DNA of 56,371 nt from Octopus bimaculoides (Eukaryota): the NCBI RefSeq assembly GCF_001194135.2, contig NC_068998.1, positions 49,945,820 to 50,002,190 of the forward strand, given 5' to 3'. Shown here in pieces: positions 11,378-24,763 of the stretch. A program made the position numbers and the translations under genes. Numbering within the stretch: position 1 is the first letter of the stretch; each line of letters starts with the position of its first letter. The notes under the pieces were generated by a model. The model had not been told where the DNA came from and ran no database searches. It saw only the letters and a list, made by a program, of their open reading frames with translations.

Positions 11378-13752
11378 NNNNNNNNNNNNNNNNNNNNNNN
11401 NNNNNNNNNNNNNNNNNNNNNNNNNNNNNNNNNNNNNNNNNNNNNNNNNNNNNNNNNNNNNNNNNNNNNNNNNNNNNNNNNNNNNNNNNNNNNNNNNNNN
11501 NNNNNNNNNNNNNNNNNNNNNNNNNNNNNNNNNNNNNNNNNNNNNNNNNNNNNNNNNNNNNNNNNNNNNNNNNNNNNNNNNNNNNNNNNNNNNNNNNNNN
11601 NNNNNNNNNNNNNNNNNNNNNNNNNNNNNNNNNNNNNNNNNNNNNNNNNNNNNNNNNNNNNNNNNNNNNNNNNNNNNNNNNNNNNNNNNNNNNNNNNNNN
11701 NNNNNNNNNNNNNNNNNNNNNNNNNNNNNNNNNNNNNNNNNNNNNNNNNNNNNNNNNNNNNNNNNNNNNNNNNNNNNNNNNNNNNNNNNNNNNNNNNNNN
11801 NNNNNNNNNNNNNNNNNNNNNNNNNNNNNNNNNNNNNNNNNNNNNNNNNNNNNNNNNNNNNNATATATATATATATAATGGTGGTACGACGCATGTCGTA
11901 TCACCTGATCTTTGTTCCAAGAAATGTCTTCTGTTAGTGGAAAGAGTCTATACGCCCACACAGTTCACCATAGTTTGTATCAGTGTGGTCTTCATGGACA
12001 CATTCCTCGTAGAAAGCCTCTCCTGACTGAAAAGCATAAATCAAGTCGTCTTTCTTTTGCCGAAACCTATGTGCGTAAGGTGAAGGGGTTATGGAATAAT
12101 TTCAAAGCAGAAGAATGAATTTTTATCAGTTAAAATGGTAAAGATATTGCCTTGGCCTACCATGTTACCTGATGAGTTTTGAAAAGGAATGTTGAGGAGA
12201 AAAGCCCGTAATTTAACACAGATAAAAGACAACGTTCAGGATGAATAGAGGTTGATTTCATCGGTTGTAGGCGGAATATTAGTCGACTCGATGCCCTCTT
12301 CCTCCTTTTTCAAGTCTCAAATAAACGCTTTCCGAGAGTGGGAGGTAATGTGTAGTCGACCTCTCAAGATTTCAGTTTTAGGAATTAGAATGGGAAAGGT
12401 AAGGAAAGTGATGAAGAAAAAATAAAGATTATTGTTCCCTAACGGGGTACAGTTATAACTGTAAAGTTTGGACATAGCAAGTGATCAAATTCCTATGAAT
12501 TTGTACATACATTCACACCTGTAGAACCAAATCTTATATTCTGTCTAATTTCATGTTCTGGATAAACGAATATTAAATAATGGTACAACATTCATAAATT
12601 AGAAAATTGAAATTAAAATGTAAAAAATAATTTGGTTGCGGTACTGTTTATAATTTAATCTATTCTCTATATATATTTAAAGACACCACATGAATGACTT
12701 GCGTAATAGCATGACTATTGTATATATTTAACTGGAAATCACTTTGTATGATATAAATTATGTAATAATGCAGGATCTGCTTAAATATATTTTTGAGTAT
12801 CTTCCAGGATTTTGCAGATTTTTTTTCTTGATTCCTTCAATAAGATTATTCAAAAGTTTTATTTTTAGCGAATTACATTGCCGAGTGGCTACGTTAGATA
12901 TCCTTCCTAATCAGTGTTAAAATGGATGAAGTGTTTTTCCTGATATATGTAAGTATTATCGATTTTATAAGAGAAACAGCTTTTATAGATAATATATACA
13001 CGTATCTTACCATTTATTTTAGTTGGTATTAATAGAGATTATCATCATGCTATTAACATTAGAACAACATTCAGAAACACCAGTAACAGTGTAACATAAT
13101 TGTTTCCCTTCATCCATCATCATTAATTTGAATAAAAGACATAATGACCATAAAGAAGGTCTCTTGACAGACACCGTTAGATAGGTTTTATTATCGAGTC
13201 TTAGTGTTTTCTTCTAGCAGCAGTATCGTGGTCTTGGTAATGAAGTCGGTTTTAAAGCGTTCGTCTATCCGTCCATGTTTTTTTTACGCAGTGTTACAAA
13301 GTTTAAAAATTAGTAACGTCAAAGCTTGTAAATATAATAAATTCTGAGAAAGTGCGTGTAATGTGATTGAGGAAATCCATGCTGTCCCTTATACAGATGG
13401 GTCTTAATGAGCATACACTTTTGAGGGGTACACAGAAAAGATGCTTCACTTGTATTTTTGCGGCTAGAGTTCCAGCAACGGTCGGTCACAATTTGCAGTC
13501 AGTATCTTTGTGTATTTGTTCCTTATAACTTTCTCGTGTTATTCCATCTGCAAAATACCCTAAAAATCAACTCTTCTAAACAAATTAAAATCCAACTGAT
13601 TCCCAAGAAAGAACAAACTTTTTATTGTTATCATATTGTTTTGAAATTGTATCTTGAAAAGATCAGTGAAACGAAAGGAAACGCTAACAAGAGTTTATCC
13701 CAAATTCTGACTGCTACCCTTTTCTCAATACAGACACAAACACACTTATATT

Positions 13753-13815
<63 letters not shown>

Positions 13816-14106
13816 GGATATATATATGCATTTATACACTTATGTATATATTTATGTGTATTTGGAGAAAAAGGTGTGAGATGAATATATAGAATATTAA
13901 TGTATACATACCTTTATTGGTTTATAGCTTGACAATTATTTTATTTTACAAAGAAGAAATATTAATTGAAAGCACATAGCTAGATTAGTATTTAGACTGA
14001 TAGTACAGAGAACTATATAAAAACTATTGCTTTATTAATTAGTAAAGTAATAATTGTGATACATACCACATGCGAAAATGAAAATGAAGGTAAATATTTT
14101 CATCAT
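8743..14106 (-). CDS. Locus L2 5' part: exon 1 14106-14067 (MMKIFTFIFIFAC), exon 2 not located, exon 3 9161-9077 (TYQRFANCFRSSVAPHCSTEFVTNEMCT), micro-exon 4 copy C 8769-8743 (RQTTTPRKV)
   Basis: Exon 1 has ATG, a hydrophobic core and a G|gtatgt donor. Exon 3 is exactly 85 nt with a tttcatttgcag acceptor, gtaagt donor and C-x8-C-x9-C. Exon 2 was not found in the sequenced part; two N gaps lie in the interval. Could be a pseudogene. Confidence 0.6.
9440..10110 (+). mobile_element. Degenerate mariner transposase C-terminal half (different subfamily)
   Basis: Translates to QPPYLKNIAAFDNHLF..RSLQNHLVGK..DEVRTVL..ENEGEY, matching the mariner HPPYSPDLAPSDYHLF..GDY signature. Confidence 0.75.
11880..12110 (+). 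mobile_element. Tc1 transposase fragment (DNA-binding/linker region)
   Basis: CGLHGHIPRRKPLLTEKHKSSRLSFA..LWN matches the Tc1 GLxGRxPRRKPLL..RLxFA..W motif. Confidence 0.75.
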
Positions 14107-14959
14107 GGTTATATCTCTTAGCTACCGCGGTATCTTAACAAAAAGTGTCTTCTCGATTACTTATTTTGAATATGAAATACAATGTAACATATGTCGCTCA
14201 CCAGGATTGTAAACGTTTGCAACCGTAAAGATTAAGAAGCTGTGGTCGTTATAGAGTGACCTAACATTGACTAAATTATGGCTTTAACCAGCATGTTGTC
14301 CAATACTTCATATTGTTCACAAATACATGAAACAAGTTCTGTCTTTCTGAGACTATGTATCCACAAACATCTTGTGATTTAGCCCCACGGACACGTTATA
14401 TATTCGTATGCGAATGTATTTGTATGTGTGTGTTTGTGTGTGTGTCTGTGTACATATGTATACCTGTATATACATATATGTATATTTATATATGCATATA
14501 TAAATATATACATACAAATATATATATATATACATATACAAAATTTGTAATTTAATTAACTAGAATTACAATAGAGGGCGGACAATGGGTCTACTTATTG
14601 GAAAGCGAAACTAAGTCGTCACGTAAACCTCCGAAATACACTGAAATATACAACGGACCAACCTAAACCGGGTAAGTGATTAACGTTTCGTAATTTCGCT
14701 TTCTGGTTAATGCCTTAACTCTGCTCAGCAAGTATTATCATAAGACGAAAATGAACCGACCTCGTCAAAATCCGTGTTGCTCTGAACAATCGCATATGTT
14801 GATACATGATGAAGAGAGTACATACATGCGCTCAAATTTTAAGTTTAATGTGTTTAATGTTAAATGAAAACATAGTTTAATATTTGGACTGATTTGTACA
14901 CATAAATTTATAAGAGTTATTGCCTTATTACTTAGTAAAGGAATCATTGTGATACATAT

Positions 14960-14996
14960 CGCATGCGAGAAAGAAAATTAACGCAAAGATTTTCAT
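14960..14996 (-). pseudogene. Duplicated, inactivated exon 1 of L2 (MKIFALIFFLAC, donor GT>AT)
   Basis: Paralogous to 14067-14106 including upstream flank, but the donor reads G|atatgt. Confidence 0.7.
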
Positions 14997-16231
14997 CACA
15001 GATGTGTCTCTTAAGCACCGCGGTAGCTTGAGAAAATGAGTTTTCAGATGACTTATTTTTAGTATGAAATACAATGCAGCATATGTCACTCCCCAGGATT
15101 GTAAATGTCTGTAACCGTTATGATGAAGAAGCCGTGGTGGCTATCGATTCAGCTAACTTTATAGGTATAATCAGCATGTTGTCCAACACTGCGTATTGTT
15201 CATCAATACATCAGACAAATCCTGTGTTTCTGAAGCAATGTATCCACAAACACTATATGCACGCGTGTGGAGAGACCTGAGTATGTATGTATATATATAT
15301 ATATATATATAGATATATATATATATATGCATGTAAAATTAAATCAGTAGAGTAAATGATTGGATATTAATTAATATCAATTTAATACCAGGAAACAAGC
15401 ACATTGAAAGAATCAAAGAGATTCAGAAAAAATATCTGAGATCTCAAAGGGTTATCGTATATGTATATATAAAGGAGACTACTAGGTGGACTGTTAATGT
15501 GCTAGATCAAGATCACATATAATGCGTCTACTAAGACTGAATTGTTCTCAAAGAGAAGCAAAAATTATATAAATACATACAATGTTATCCGCTGACGGTT
15601 TCGAAATTAATATGTCCTTACTGAAAATATCTGTTTCCTATCAGTACGGACTGCCAAAGAAATATAATTCCCAGAATCGTATACTAATTTTTCCCCACAA
15701 ATGAAGAACGTGCATATGTTTCTGTTAAGTATATTTATGGTAAGATTCAAAAGTCATCGTTTCGGCGTGCTAAATCCGGAAATATCTCTGCAGAAAATGG
15801 TTTCCGCATCGAATATACTAATTTTGAGAACGTGATTATGGTTAATTAAATTAAAACAGTGGGGTAAAAAATTGGATATTACTTAATATCAATTATGAGG
15901 GAGAAAGATAGAAAGAAGGAGAGAGAGAGAGAGTTAGTGAAATATGACATAGTTACTAGAAAAGGTTTCACCTATTGTTACCATAAACTATATCTTGAAT
16001 ATTTTTCATTAATATTGAAACAATTATTTTGAAAAGTATCATGTGTTGGTGTCCTTGAATTTACAAATTCTAAGAGCGTATGAAATACTGAAAGTAACAA
16101 GTTTCAGGTATTTAATTCCTTCTCCACCTCTTATCCCAAACTTCAAATACATATCTTTTGTTAAACCAATAAAGATTACAGGTTAACGCAAACAAATCGT
16201 CATTGCATGTTTATTTTTATTTAAATTTACA

Positions 16232-19200
16232 TTAATAACATAACGAAGTAACGACAACTCCAAGAAGGAACATTCTTTGAATGGTCATCTGAAAAGAGAA
16301 TAGCACACATTTTATAGGCACATTTGATATTCACATATATAAAGCATTTTCTATTCAAATTAATTCGATATGAATTACACTAGTATATTGCTGTTTATAG
16401 CAGAGTAGACTGAACATTTATAGGTCGACTATTAAGGAGTAATGCTAGAGTTATGCATTCTTTTGACCCTTCTTTATTTATTACTGGACTCATTATATTT
16501 TTACTGAAATCTGACTGTTCACAGATACATGATAACGTAGCAAGTACACATGTTCGTGGATGACATGCGAGTAGCATTAAATCAAACCATTTCGATAGGT
16601 TTATATCTACAGAAATTTTAGCCAGCACTGACTTTTTTCTACATTGTTTCGTATTGCGACATCATTTGTAAATTAGGTCGAAGATAAAAGTTGGTGGGTT
16701 TTGCCGCTTCATCGGCACTCATCTAACTCACTCTCGTCTCCAAATACATTGCTTATATAGCTACCGCATACAGCGGTGTTACTTTATTCAATTTACCAAT
16801 TTACATATTAATCGAATTCATGGAGCTACTATGTAATTATTTATGGCTTGAGGGCATTTGGTATTTCGTTATGCAACTGTCATTTCCTATAAATTCTATA
16901 TTTTTTTTTTTATGAGACAATAACACATCCTACTGTGTTAGCAGTGCTCTTTTCATTGTTTTGATTGGGTTATTTCAACAGAAATTGTAGCCAGAAATGG
17001 TATTTGGTACAGGGCTTTCGTATCAAGACATCAGATGTAAATAAACAATTAGATTGAAGACGAAGATGGGTAATGAGTGCACATGCCATTTTCAGCGGTT
17101 TTCGCCCCTTCATCATCACGCATCGAATGCATAGGAAATATACGCGCGCACTCACGCATAAAAACTGTCCTTTACACGTATAGATTATGGTTTCATAGCG
17201 AATACTTCGCGCCAAGAAGTCATTAATATAAATCAAATAGTGGGTGGCATAGAATATCCCGAAAGAAATTTCCGAATATTCTCTTCAATGGATTGGCATT
17301 ACGAAGATTTCTTTTTGGTGCGTCTACGTCTTCCGACAACTGATCAAAAGCGAGCCAGGCAGATCACTTCACCGGAAAACCTGATATTGCTTGAAGCAGA
17401 TCCAGTTGCTTTCCGTGGACTTTAACTAACACAGCACACGTGTTGTCTTTATCACTTTGTAATTGAGAAAACGACATAATACATGCAGTGGAAACACCGA
17501 TACACACCTATACCCATGAAGGCCTAGGTTGTTTCATTTGCAGGTACATTGATAGACGAAGATTATTTGGATGCAATCTATTTGTGTCTATCGACTACAC
17601 TCAAAAAGGCTATACCATCAAAACATAGTGCTATGCCAAATTACTAACGTAGATCGAAATATCTATCAAGAGAAAACACTCATGGAGACTAAAGAAATGC
17701 ATTTTACTTCATAAGAAAATGCTCCCGCACAAACGTCACCGATTTCAATGGCTGCCCTGCTTTGAACTGGTTGAGTATCCAGCTTATTCATCTGATTTGG
17801 ACCCATTTGCCTAGCATTATTTCCCTCACGTGTAAAAAAAACAGTTTGCAAAGATCCTGAAATTATATCCACTCTTGATCGACTTCTTGCGCAACAGGAT
17901 TACAGCATTTTCATCCGCGGAATCCAAGCACTAAAACATCACGGCGGTATTCAGTGAATTGCGATGTTTCATAATCTATAAGAGAATTCGGTCTGTGAAG
18001 GTTTCAGTTAATCCTCCTAATATTCATCTTCATTAACTAATGTTGTGATTTACCATCAAGTGGACCAGTTCCTGACGACGTTTAATTTGAAACCAAAACA
18101 GCAGGAGAAGGATTATAAGAATTGAATGATGATATTGCAAACCAGTCAAGTGACGCAAGATGGTAAAGAGATACATGCTCAAACTTTCGGTATGCGATTA
18201 CTAATTCATGTCTCGCTATTTCAGTAAAACGAAGTGATCCAGATAAGAAGCAAAATCCTTGAGGCCACAACAGAACTGCTGGAGATTATACAAGTGTTCT
18301 ATATGTTACAATAACTTTACCCATCTTAATAAAATTCCTGAATTAGAGCAAATAAACGTCACTATATTTTTCAGCCTGGTAACGTCTTGGTAAACGTAAT
18401 ATTCAATTAGTTTATCCGAATTAACTTGATATCCGATTTCCTATAGTAATAGAATGTAGTATTGGTAATTTAATTATTTTAGAACAATGAAAAGCTTTGA
18501 AGTAGTTATGACGTACCTCGTTACGCTTTGAATTTGACCTGCTTTTTTTCTCCTAAAATCAAAAATAATGTATTTCTTGAAAGAAAATCCAACAAATTAG
18601 AATTTAATGTATGTTCACATACATTAATGCACGAATGAGTTTAATTACCAATTTCTTAAAAATAAGTTGTAGGAATAATAAAGACCATCATGTTTAGTTT
18701 TTTACGTCAGTTGTTCTTGACTACCATTATTATTCATGATCATTGTAAAAATTATGACAGAATGACGCAAGCAAACCGTTATTACATTAATCTCTTTATT
18801 TAACTTTATATTTATAATATAATCGAGTACCGACAAATTCATAAGTTGACTATTAAGTAGTAACACTAGAGCTATACATTCTTGCATGCATGGAGTTGAA
18901 CGCTACTTTTTAAATACTGCATTGCTTTTTTTGCAAATTAACTGACGTCTGACTATTCACAGAGACTGGAAAAGGTAACACGTACACATGTTCATAAATG
19001 ACAGACGAGCGACTATAAATCAGATTATTTTGTTAATTGTACTTCTACAGAAATCATGGCCGGCACTGATTCTTTGCTACGACGTTTCGTATCGAGACGT
19101 CTTATGTAAACAATGAGATCAAAGACAAAAGGTGTAATGAGTGTATAAGTCATATTTCGGAGGTTTTGTCCAATCGTCAGCACCCATCTAGCCCACACCT

Positions 19201-21643
19201 GCCTCCGAATATAAGGCTTATGTTACTACCGCATGCAACTGTATTAAATTATTGGATTTACTGATTTGCATATTAAACGCATTCCAGGAGCTGAGCAGTG
19301 ATAACGAAATGCAACGTGATTTTCATTTATACAAAACATGTAATATATTTTATAGTATATCATAGTTGCATAACAAAATACCACGTTTCTAAAGGTCATT
19401 ATAAATCAAATAGCCAATAATATTAGAATATACCGTGAGGAACTTCAGAATATTTTCCTCAAGGAACTTAGCATGACGTGGATTTATTCTTGGTGTGTCT
19501 ACGTCTTCTGACAACTGACCAAAAGCAAACTAGACCGATCAAGTCACCAGCAAATCTGATATTGCTTGAAGCAGATCTAGCTGCTTTCCGTGAACGTTAA
19601 CTAACACCGCGTGAATGCTGCCTTTATCACTTAGAACCCAAGATAATGGCACTATACACGCAGTAGAAACACATGTAGAGATTACTTTTAAGCTTGTCAA
19701 GCTTGTTTCATTTGCAGGTAAGTTGATAGACGAAGACTATTTGCATGCAACGTAATTGTGTTTAATGACTACCTTCAAAACGGCCATAATATTCACCAGT
19801 GATAGTGAAATGATATCCCCTGACGATGAAAATTTTTTGCAACAACACTATTGCATTGTTATCCATGGAATCCAAGCACTAAAACACTTCGGTGATAATC
19901 AGTGCACTGTAATGTTTCACAATCTATTAGCGATGTAAGACTTTGAACGTTTCAGTCAATCCTCGTATTTTAATTTTCATTATCTAATGTTGAGATTTAT
20001 CAGTAAATTTAGAGAAGAAATTCCTGATGACATTGAAACCAAACCAGCAAGTGAAATATTATAGGATTTCAATGCTGATATGTCAGAGCAGTCAGTTCCG
20101 TGAGGCGCAAGATGACAAAGAGTTACAGGTTCAAAATCCCTATAGGCGATGATTAATTCATTTCTTACTAACTCAGTAAGACGAAATACTGAAGATGTGA
20201 AGCAAAGAAAACTTGAGGCCACAATAGAACTACTGGAGATTATGCCAAAGTTCCAAATTTTACCACAACTTTTCCTATCATAAATTAATTCCTGAATAAC
20301 CTTAAATATGTATTTTCACCTTGGTAAAGTATTAGTAAAGGCAATATGAAATTAGTGTATTCGTATCAACGTGATATCAGATTTTCTTTAGCAATGGAAT
20401 GTAGTACTTGTAACTGATACGTTGCAGACGAAAAAAAGAATTGAAAGAATAATTGCAGGGAAATGACGTACCTTGTAAACCTTAGTAGCGCGTTCTGTCT
20501 GGAAACGAAAAGAAAATATATTTCTTCAAACAAAATGCAGCAGGTTAGCATTATCATTTATTGTATATTCACAAATACAGGGTGTCAACAAAGTCTGGGT
20601 TCATCGGGATTAACACATACTTTATGAAATTATTATTTCTTATATTTAATTGTTCATGTTATGATTTTATTTACTCCATCTACCCAGACCTTGTGGACAC
20701 CCTGTACATGGTAATGATATGCGCATGAATTCCATTATACAAGACTCAGTATAAATATTATCTAATGTAGATTATATGCCCATTGCGTATTACAGTAAAC
20801 TTATCGGCTGTATCAACCTATGTTAACGTAGCAATCACTCGGCGATATTTTTTGTGATAAAACGTAATGAAAACATCTCCTGGCACTTCTTTTGTTTACA
20901 AATTCATTAAAAATAGGTTGCAGGAAATGATAAAGGATTGTGTTTGTAGAAATGACCGTTTCTTTTCTTTTCTTTTTTTTTTTTTTTTCAGAAATCAGTT
21001 TTTCTTCAATTCCATATTTTTTTTTGTTTTCATTGCAGAAATAACTTTAATAGACCATATCAAAATATTTCAACCATGTTTGTTAAAATTATATTATACA
21101 AACACTGTCGTTGCGAACTAAAACCTTAGTTTAAAAAATTAGTTTTAAGAACATTCATAGACCAAGACAAAAAATTATAGTGATAACAAATAACTTACGA
21201 AACACTCGTGAGACTTTGAAAATATCGAATAACACTTAGGGTCGGTGGATTTACGAAAGCATTGAATAAAATCTTGGTACACCCTGCAAATGAAAGCTGA
21301 GAGGTTGAGAGTGAAATTCCAGGGTTTTTTTTTCTATTCTTTTACTTGTTTCAGTCATTTCACTACGGCCATGCCGGAGCACCACCTTTAGTCGAACAAA
21401 TCAAACCCCAGTACGTATTCTAAAGGTCTATATTTACGAACCGGTAAGTTACGCGGACGTAAACACACCGACATCGGTTGTCAATAGATGGTGGGGACAA
21501 ACAGAGACACACACACACATATATGACGTGCTTCTTTCAGTTTCCATCTACTAAATCCACTCACAAGAATTTGGTCGGCCACAGGCTATAATAGAACACA
21601 CACAGGTTCCACGCACTGGGACTGAACCAGAAACATATATATG

Positions 21644-21677
<34 letters not shown>

Positions 21678-22638
21678 TATATATATGTATATATACCCGC
21701 ATATAATTGCATGTTAATGTTCATTTTTTATCAAGTTCTAATAGAAAGTATTTGAGATAATTCTGATAGGTCAGTCTATGCGCCTGAAGAGTATAAAAAT
21801 AATTATTCTTAATCCAGGAAGAATATTATTGCCACAAACTTCGTGGTTTCATCCGGTTAAGCTAACGTCGGGAGATTTTAACGTAGCTGAGAATACAAAA
21901 GGCGATGATTAACTTCAATGCATGGCAGCCTAACTGCGGCTTGGTTCAGTGAAACATGAGAAATCTCTTGCACTACTGATATTTTATTATCCAATTCAAA
22001 AATTGTTTTGGAATATTCTTTCTGCGAGTTCTAAGATCCTTTCTCTATTGTTTGTTCTGTTTTACCTTCTCCATCAGAGGAAGCGCAATGGCACAGTGGT
22101 TAGGGCAGCGGATTCGTGGTCATAGGGTCGTTGTTTCGATTCCCAAACCGCGCGTTGTGAGTGTTTATTGAGCGAAAAGATTTATGCGTAATTAAGTTTC
22201 GTCTAAGCTTTTAATGAAGACATATATATATATATTTCGCCTGAATTTCTATCCGCTATTAAATTACGTTTGTATAATTTTGACCAGTTTCAAAATTCGA
22301 TGAAATATATTTTGCATGTATTTGATACTTACCAGCAGTTGTCGTGGTCGTTAACATAGTTTTTATACTCTTTCGCACACGTTTCTTGCGCCAAAACTAA
22401 ACAGTTTTTCTCTACCTCGGACTCTGATGAAACTATACATACGAAAAATCGTGTATTATTTATGTTAATATTTCGTGTTAACAGAAATTCCTAGCAGAAA
22501 AGCGAGCAACTGCATTTGGTAGAAATTTAATTCCAGTTTGTAAGATATATTTCTCTGGACATACAGATATTAACTTCTCCATCCTACTTACAGACACATA
22601 CACACAGTCAGATACAGAAAAACACATCTGTTTCTCCT

Positions 22639-22705
<67 letters not shown>

Positions 22706-23130
22706 ACAGGCAGTTCAAGTGGTGTACAGTTATTTTATATTCAGGAAAAGAAGGCAGTCAGAATTTTGGATAATCCTTTCGTTGCGCTTTCGTTCGTTTA
22801 ACCGAAATCTTCAAGACGAGAATAATACCAAACTGATAAAAGCACAACCTTTCATTGTTCTTTTATATGAATTGGATGTATGTTTCTTTTGTTTAGAAAA
22901 TGTTTATGTATGTTTCTTTTGTTTAGAAATTTCTTATATGCGTATCATTATCTGTTTATATTTAGACAATTATTTAATTATACAATGAATAAATGCAAAC
23001 TAAAACCACATCGCTAATATTGAGATTGTTTGTTATACTATATAAACATCATTGCCTTTTTTATTAGTATGGAAAAATTCAGATACTTACCACATACAAG
23101 AATTAAAAGGAACAGAAAGATCTTCAACAT
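16232..23130 (-). CDS. Locus L3, complete model: exons 23130-23091, 22432-22333, 21283-21199, micro-exon 20498-20472 and/or 18552-18517, terminal exon 16288-16232
   Basis: In-frame splice gives MLKIFLFLLILVC-V-SSESEVEKNCLVLAQETCAKEYKNYVNDHDNC-W-VYQDFIQCFRKSTDPKCYSIFSKSHECF-[TERATKVYK and/or EKKSRSNSKRNE]-MTIQRMFLLGVVVTSLCY*. All junctions are GT-AG, and exon sizes 40/100/85/27(36)/57 match the paralogs. Confidence 0.8.
16398..18019 (+). mobile_element. Degenerate mariner copy D with a nested insertion (~16590-17230)
   Basis: Colinear with copy A; includes RLPTTDQKRARQITSPENLILLEADPVAF; interrupted at the ATAAATCA site. Confidence 0.8.
18830..19967 (+). mobile_element. Degenerate mariner copy E (5' end and central part deleted; nested insertion ~19025-19400)
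   Basis: Colinear with copy D; internal deletion near 19795; 3' TIR tttcagtcaatcctcgta. Confidence 0.75.
20576..20706. mobile_element. 131-bp Tc1/mariner-type MITE
   Basis: TIRs TACAGGGTGTCAACAAAGTCTGGGT / ACCCAGACCTTGTGGACACCCTGTA with TA ends. Confidence 0.8.
21335..21635 (-). mobile_element. SINE of a second family; a related 3' half lies at ~39565-39750 on +
   Basis: Reverse-strand B-box-like end (GTTCAGTCCC) and the tail GACTGAAACAAGTAAAAGAA, shared with 39565-39750. Confidence 0.55.
22075..22180 (+). mobile_element. tRNA-derived SINE head (truncated)
   Basis: About 85% similar by eye to 475-575. Confidence 0.75.
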
Positions 23131-23190
23131 GGTTTTGTCTCTTAACCACCGTGGTGTCTTGATAAAGAACTCTTCTAAATTGCTTATTTT

Positions 23191-23210
23191 TAATATAATG
23201 TAACATATGT
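23191..23210 (-). promoter_or_regulatory. Conserved proximal upstream motif ACATATGTTACATTATAT, with AT-rich TATA-like continuation, ~60-85 bp 5' of the ATG
   Basis: Recurs upstream of every exon 1 copy (~14176, ~15066, 23191, ~32128, ~38011, ~48167, ~49600, ~56257). Function is inferred only. Confidence 0.45.
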
Positions 23211-23419
23211 CTCTCCCCAGGATTGTTAATATTTGCAATCGTAAAGAATAAGATGCCGTAGTTTTAATAGAGTCAGCTAACATCATCTAAATTATAGCTC
23301 TAATCAGCAAGCTGTTCAACGCTACATACTATTAAACAATATATCAAGCTAATTCTGAGTCTTACTGAAATAAATTATCTATAAACATATTAGCCCCAAA
23401 ACACGTTATATATTTATGA

Positions 23420-23459
<40 letters not shown>

Positions 23460-23807
23460 TTGTAAGCATACTGATATGTGTGTGTTGGTACATATATAAA
23501 TATATTTATATATAAGATGCGTTATATTTATGTAAGAGATATGTAGAGGTGCTGTTATGGTGAATAAGTTTGATGCGTATTTGATGTGTGTGCTCAAGGA
23601 GGTATGCGACTAAAGTTCAGGTTTGAGCTGGAGTTGAAGTTTGGGATTTGGGATTAACATATCCAAACGAGCCAGAAGTGTGTTGCTCTTATGTCAGTAG
23701 GTAAATGTGAAAGCTGAGAGAAGAGGCAAACACCACCTGCATTTCTTTCCCAATTTAACCGATGTATATACAAACAGAGAGACTCACTCTCACACACACG
23801 GGCGTGA

Positions 23808-23867
<60 letters not shown>

Positions 23868-24727
23868 NNNNNNNNNNNNNNNNNNNNNNNNNNNNNNNNN
23901 NNNNNNNNNNNNNNNNNNNNNNNNNNNNNNNNNNNNNNNNNNNNNNNNNNNNNNNNNNNNNNNNNNNNNNNNNNNNNNNNNNNNNNNNNNNNNNNNNNNN
24001 NNNNNNNNNNNNNNNNNNNNNNNNNNNNNNNNNNNNNNNNNNNNNNNNNNNNNNNNNNNNNNNNNNNNNNNNNNNNNNNNNNNNNNNNNNNNNNNNNNNN
24101 NNNNNNNNNNNNNNNNNNNNNNNNNNNNNNNNNNNNNNNNNNNNNNNNNNNNNNNNNNNNNNNNNNNNNNNNNNNNNNNNNNNNNNNNNNNNNNNNNNNN
24201 NNNNNNNNNNNNNNNNNNNNNNNNNNNNNNNNNNNNNNNNNNNNNNNNNNNNNNNNNNNNNNNNNNNNNNNNNNNNNNNNNNNNNNNNNNNNNNNNNNNN
24301 NNNNNNNNNNNNNNNNNNNNNNNNNNNNNNNNNNNNNNNNNNNNNNNNNNNNNNNNNNNNNNNNNNNNNNNNNNNNNNNNNNNNNNNNNNNNNNATATAG
24401 ATTCAAGGCTTGAATATGGTACTTATGCGAAGGCACACGAATATCACATCCCAAAAGGATGGGTGATTAAAATCAAACAATAAGCAACACGGATTTCAAA
24501 AGTGATTGCAGTACGCACGTTTCATGCTACTTCAATTTATTTAAGCAATGTGAGCATTACCTTAAATGCAATATGAAGAGCAATCTTCAGCTGCACGAAA
24601 AAATGCAGAAAAAAGACATATTACAAATGTGGCAACATATTAAGACTAAGTGGGAGAGAGCATACATAAAATCCAAATGTGAGGAAGAATATATAAGTCC
24701 ATCTTGACATAGCAGGGTCTATCAGGG

Positions 24728-24763
<36 letters not shown>

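Noticed and set aside
13400-13550. Possible decayed exon 2 of L2 (NCDRPLLEL*PQKYK*)
   Set aside because: The position is plausible and there is a C-x7-stop-P echo, but it has two stops, no in-phase splice sites and no third Cys.
19980-20291. 103-aa open frame in L3 intron 4
   Set aside because: The homologous sequence in modules A, B, C and F has multiple stops and frameshifts, so it is probably chance. Mentioned only under the alternative-acceptor finding.
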